From the IMG/VR virus record IMGVR_UViG_3300045988_031645, positions 1-40,649 of that record: 40,649 nt of DNA; one strand, 5' to 3'. Each line of letters opens with the position of its first letter. Position 1 is the stretch's first letter. Positions 40,074 to 40,649 of the stretch are shown here, one piece after another. The stretch comes from a virus. The notes under the pieces were generated by a model. It did not search any database and was not told the DNA's origin. It worked only from the letters and a program-made list of their open reading frames with translations. Made by a program: the position numbers and the translations under genes.

Positions 40074-40649
40074 TGATCTCCTCCCATGTAAATCTTCCCT
40101 TGCCTGAGTTACGCCACTGGCCCAGTCCCTTGTACCGGCCATAGTTCAGCCATTCGCGGACAGCCGCTGCATGCTTGTCCTCAAGGCATTCGACCGTGAA
40201 CTCGATCCAGCTTCCGGTTGGCACCGCTTCCGAATTCGCAAGCGCAACGCGCTCGCCCATCGCTGTAGCAGCACGCAGAGGTCTCTGACAGTTCCCCATA
40301 GGGCCGGACATGTGGATCTGGATCATGCGCGGAAAGACGAAGATGCAGCCATCGATGATCTTCTTGAATGCCTTGATGCTGCACGACTCCTTCGAGTAGT
40401 CCTGCCCCTTGCAGCGAGATAATGCGCTGCATGTGTCCTTGAAAAAGCCCTTGATCTGGTAGTCCCAGAACATCGGCGTCTCTCCATCCTCCATGCGCGG
40501 AAATACGGTCATCTCCTTGTGCTCCACCTCATCTGCGCCGAGTGCAGCGACCTCTTCCTCTCTCGATGGTGCGTCCGGTGCCTTGCTGGCGATGAACTCG
40601 CTGTGCACCTTCTTGTCTGCGTTTGCTGTCCCTAAAACGTCCTCAGTAA
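40066..40649 (-). CDS. 3' part of the junction-spanning 203-aa hypothetical protein (open to the window edge)
   Basis: The frame stays open upstream of the track GTG at 40608 to the window end and continues at 147..120 after the duplicated 119 nt. The protein ends ...YKGLGQWRNSGKGRFTWEEIND. Confidence 0.8.
   Translation of the reverse strand, partial: TEDVLGTANADKKVHSEFIASKAPDAPSREEEVAALGADEVEHKEMTVFPRMEDGETPMFWDYQIKGFFKDTCSALSRCKGQDYSKESCSIKAFKKIIDGCIFVFPRMIQIHMSGPMGNCQRPLRAATAMGERVALANSEAVPTGSWIEFTVECLEDKHAAAVREWLNYGRYKGLGQWRNSGKGRFTWEEIND
40531..40649. repeat. End-overlap repeat, copy 2 (identical to 1..119)
   Basis: By direct reading; see copy 1. Confidence 0.95.

Overview
The window is a complete, circularly closed phage genome: 40,530 unique bp, with the first 119 nt repeated at the end. 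It looks like a temperate, probably short-tailed phage of a Firmicute (Clostridia-type) host. Nearly all genes are on the minus strand. A Cro-like gene leads an early recombination/replication operon that runs from 6351 down to 779, crosses a 630-bp non-coding repeat block, and wraps through the junction down to 37230. It is followed by terS, terL, portal and structural genes, a 3,797-codon polyvalent gene, scaffold and capsid, holin and endolysin, two coiled-coil fibre genes, and a complete diversity-generating retroelement (target, avd, TR, RT). The plus strand carries only the lysogeny module: an XRE repressor, a GxxxG-repeat membrane protein and a large serine integrase. The most unusual signals are these. 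(1) A 117-codon acidic ORF with its own Shine-Dalgarno is overprinted in the +1 frame of the linker between the methyltransferase and helicase modules of the giant gene. (2) The giant methyltransferase / Strawberry-notch-like helicase / HExxH protein is bracketed by paralogous terminator-plus-ATAGGTCGGT modules, and a third copy precedes terS. (3) A phage-encoded Prp-like cysteine protease co-occurs with an L27-like LNLHAF motif at the N-termini of both scaffold and capsid. (4) The 630-bp block of about ten phased TGCCAT[T/C]GC units has no coding explanation. (5) A lambda-style iteron/AT-rich cluster lies inside the replication-organiser gene. All protein calls rest on motifs I recognised by eye. 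No database search was run, so family names are provisional.
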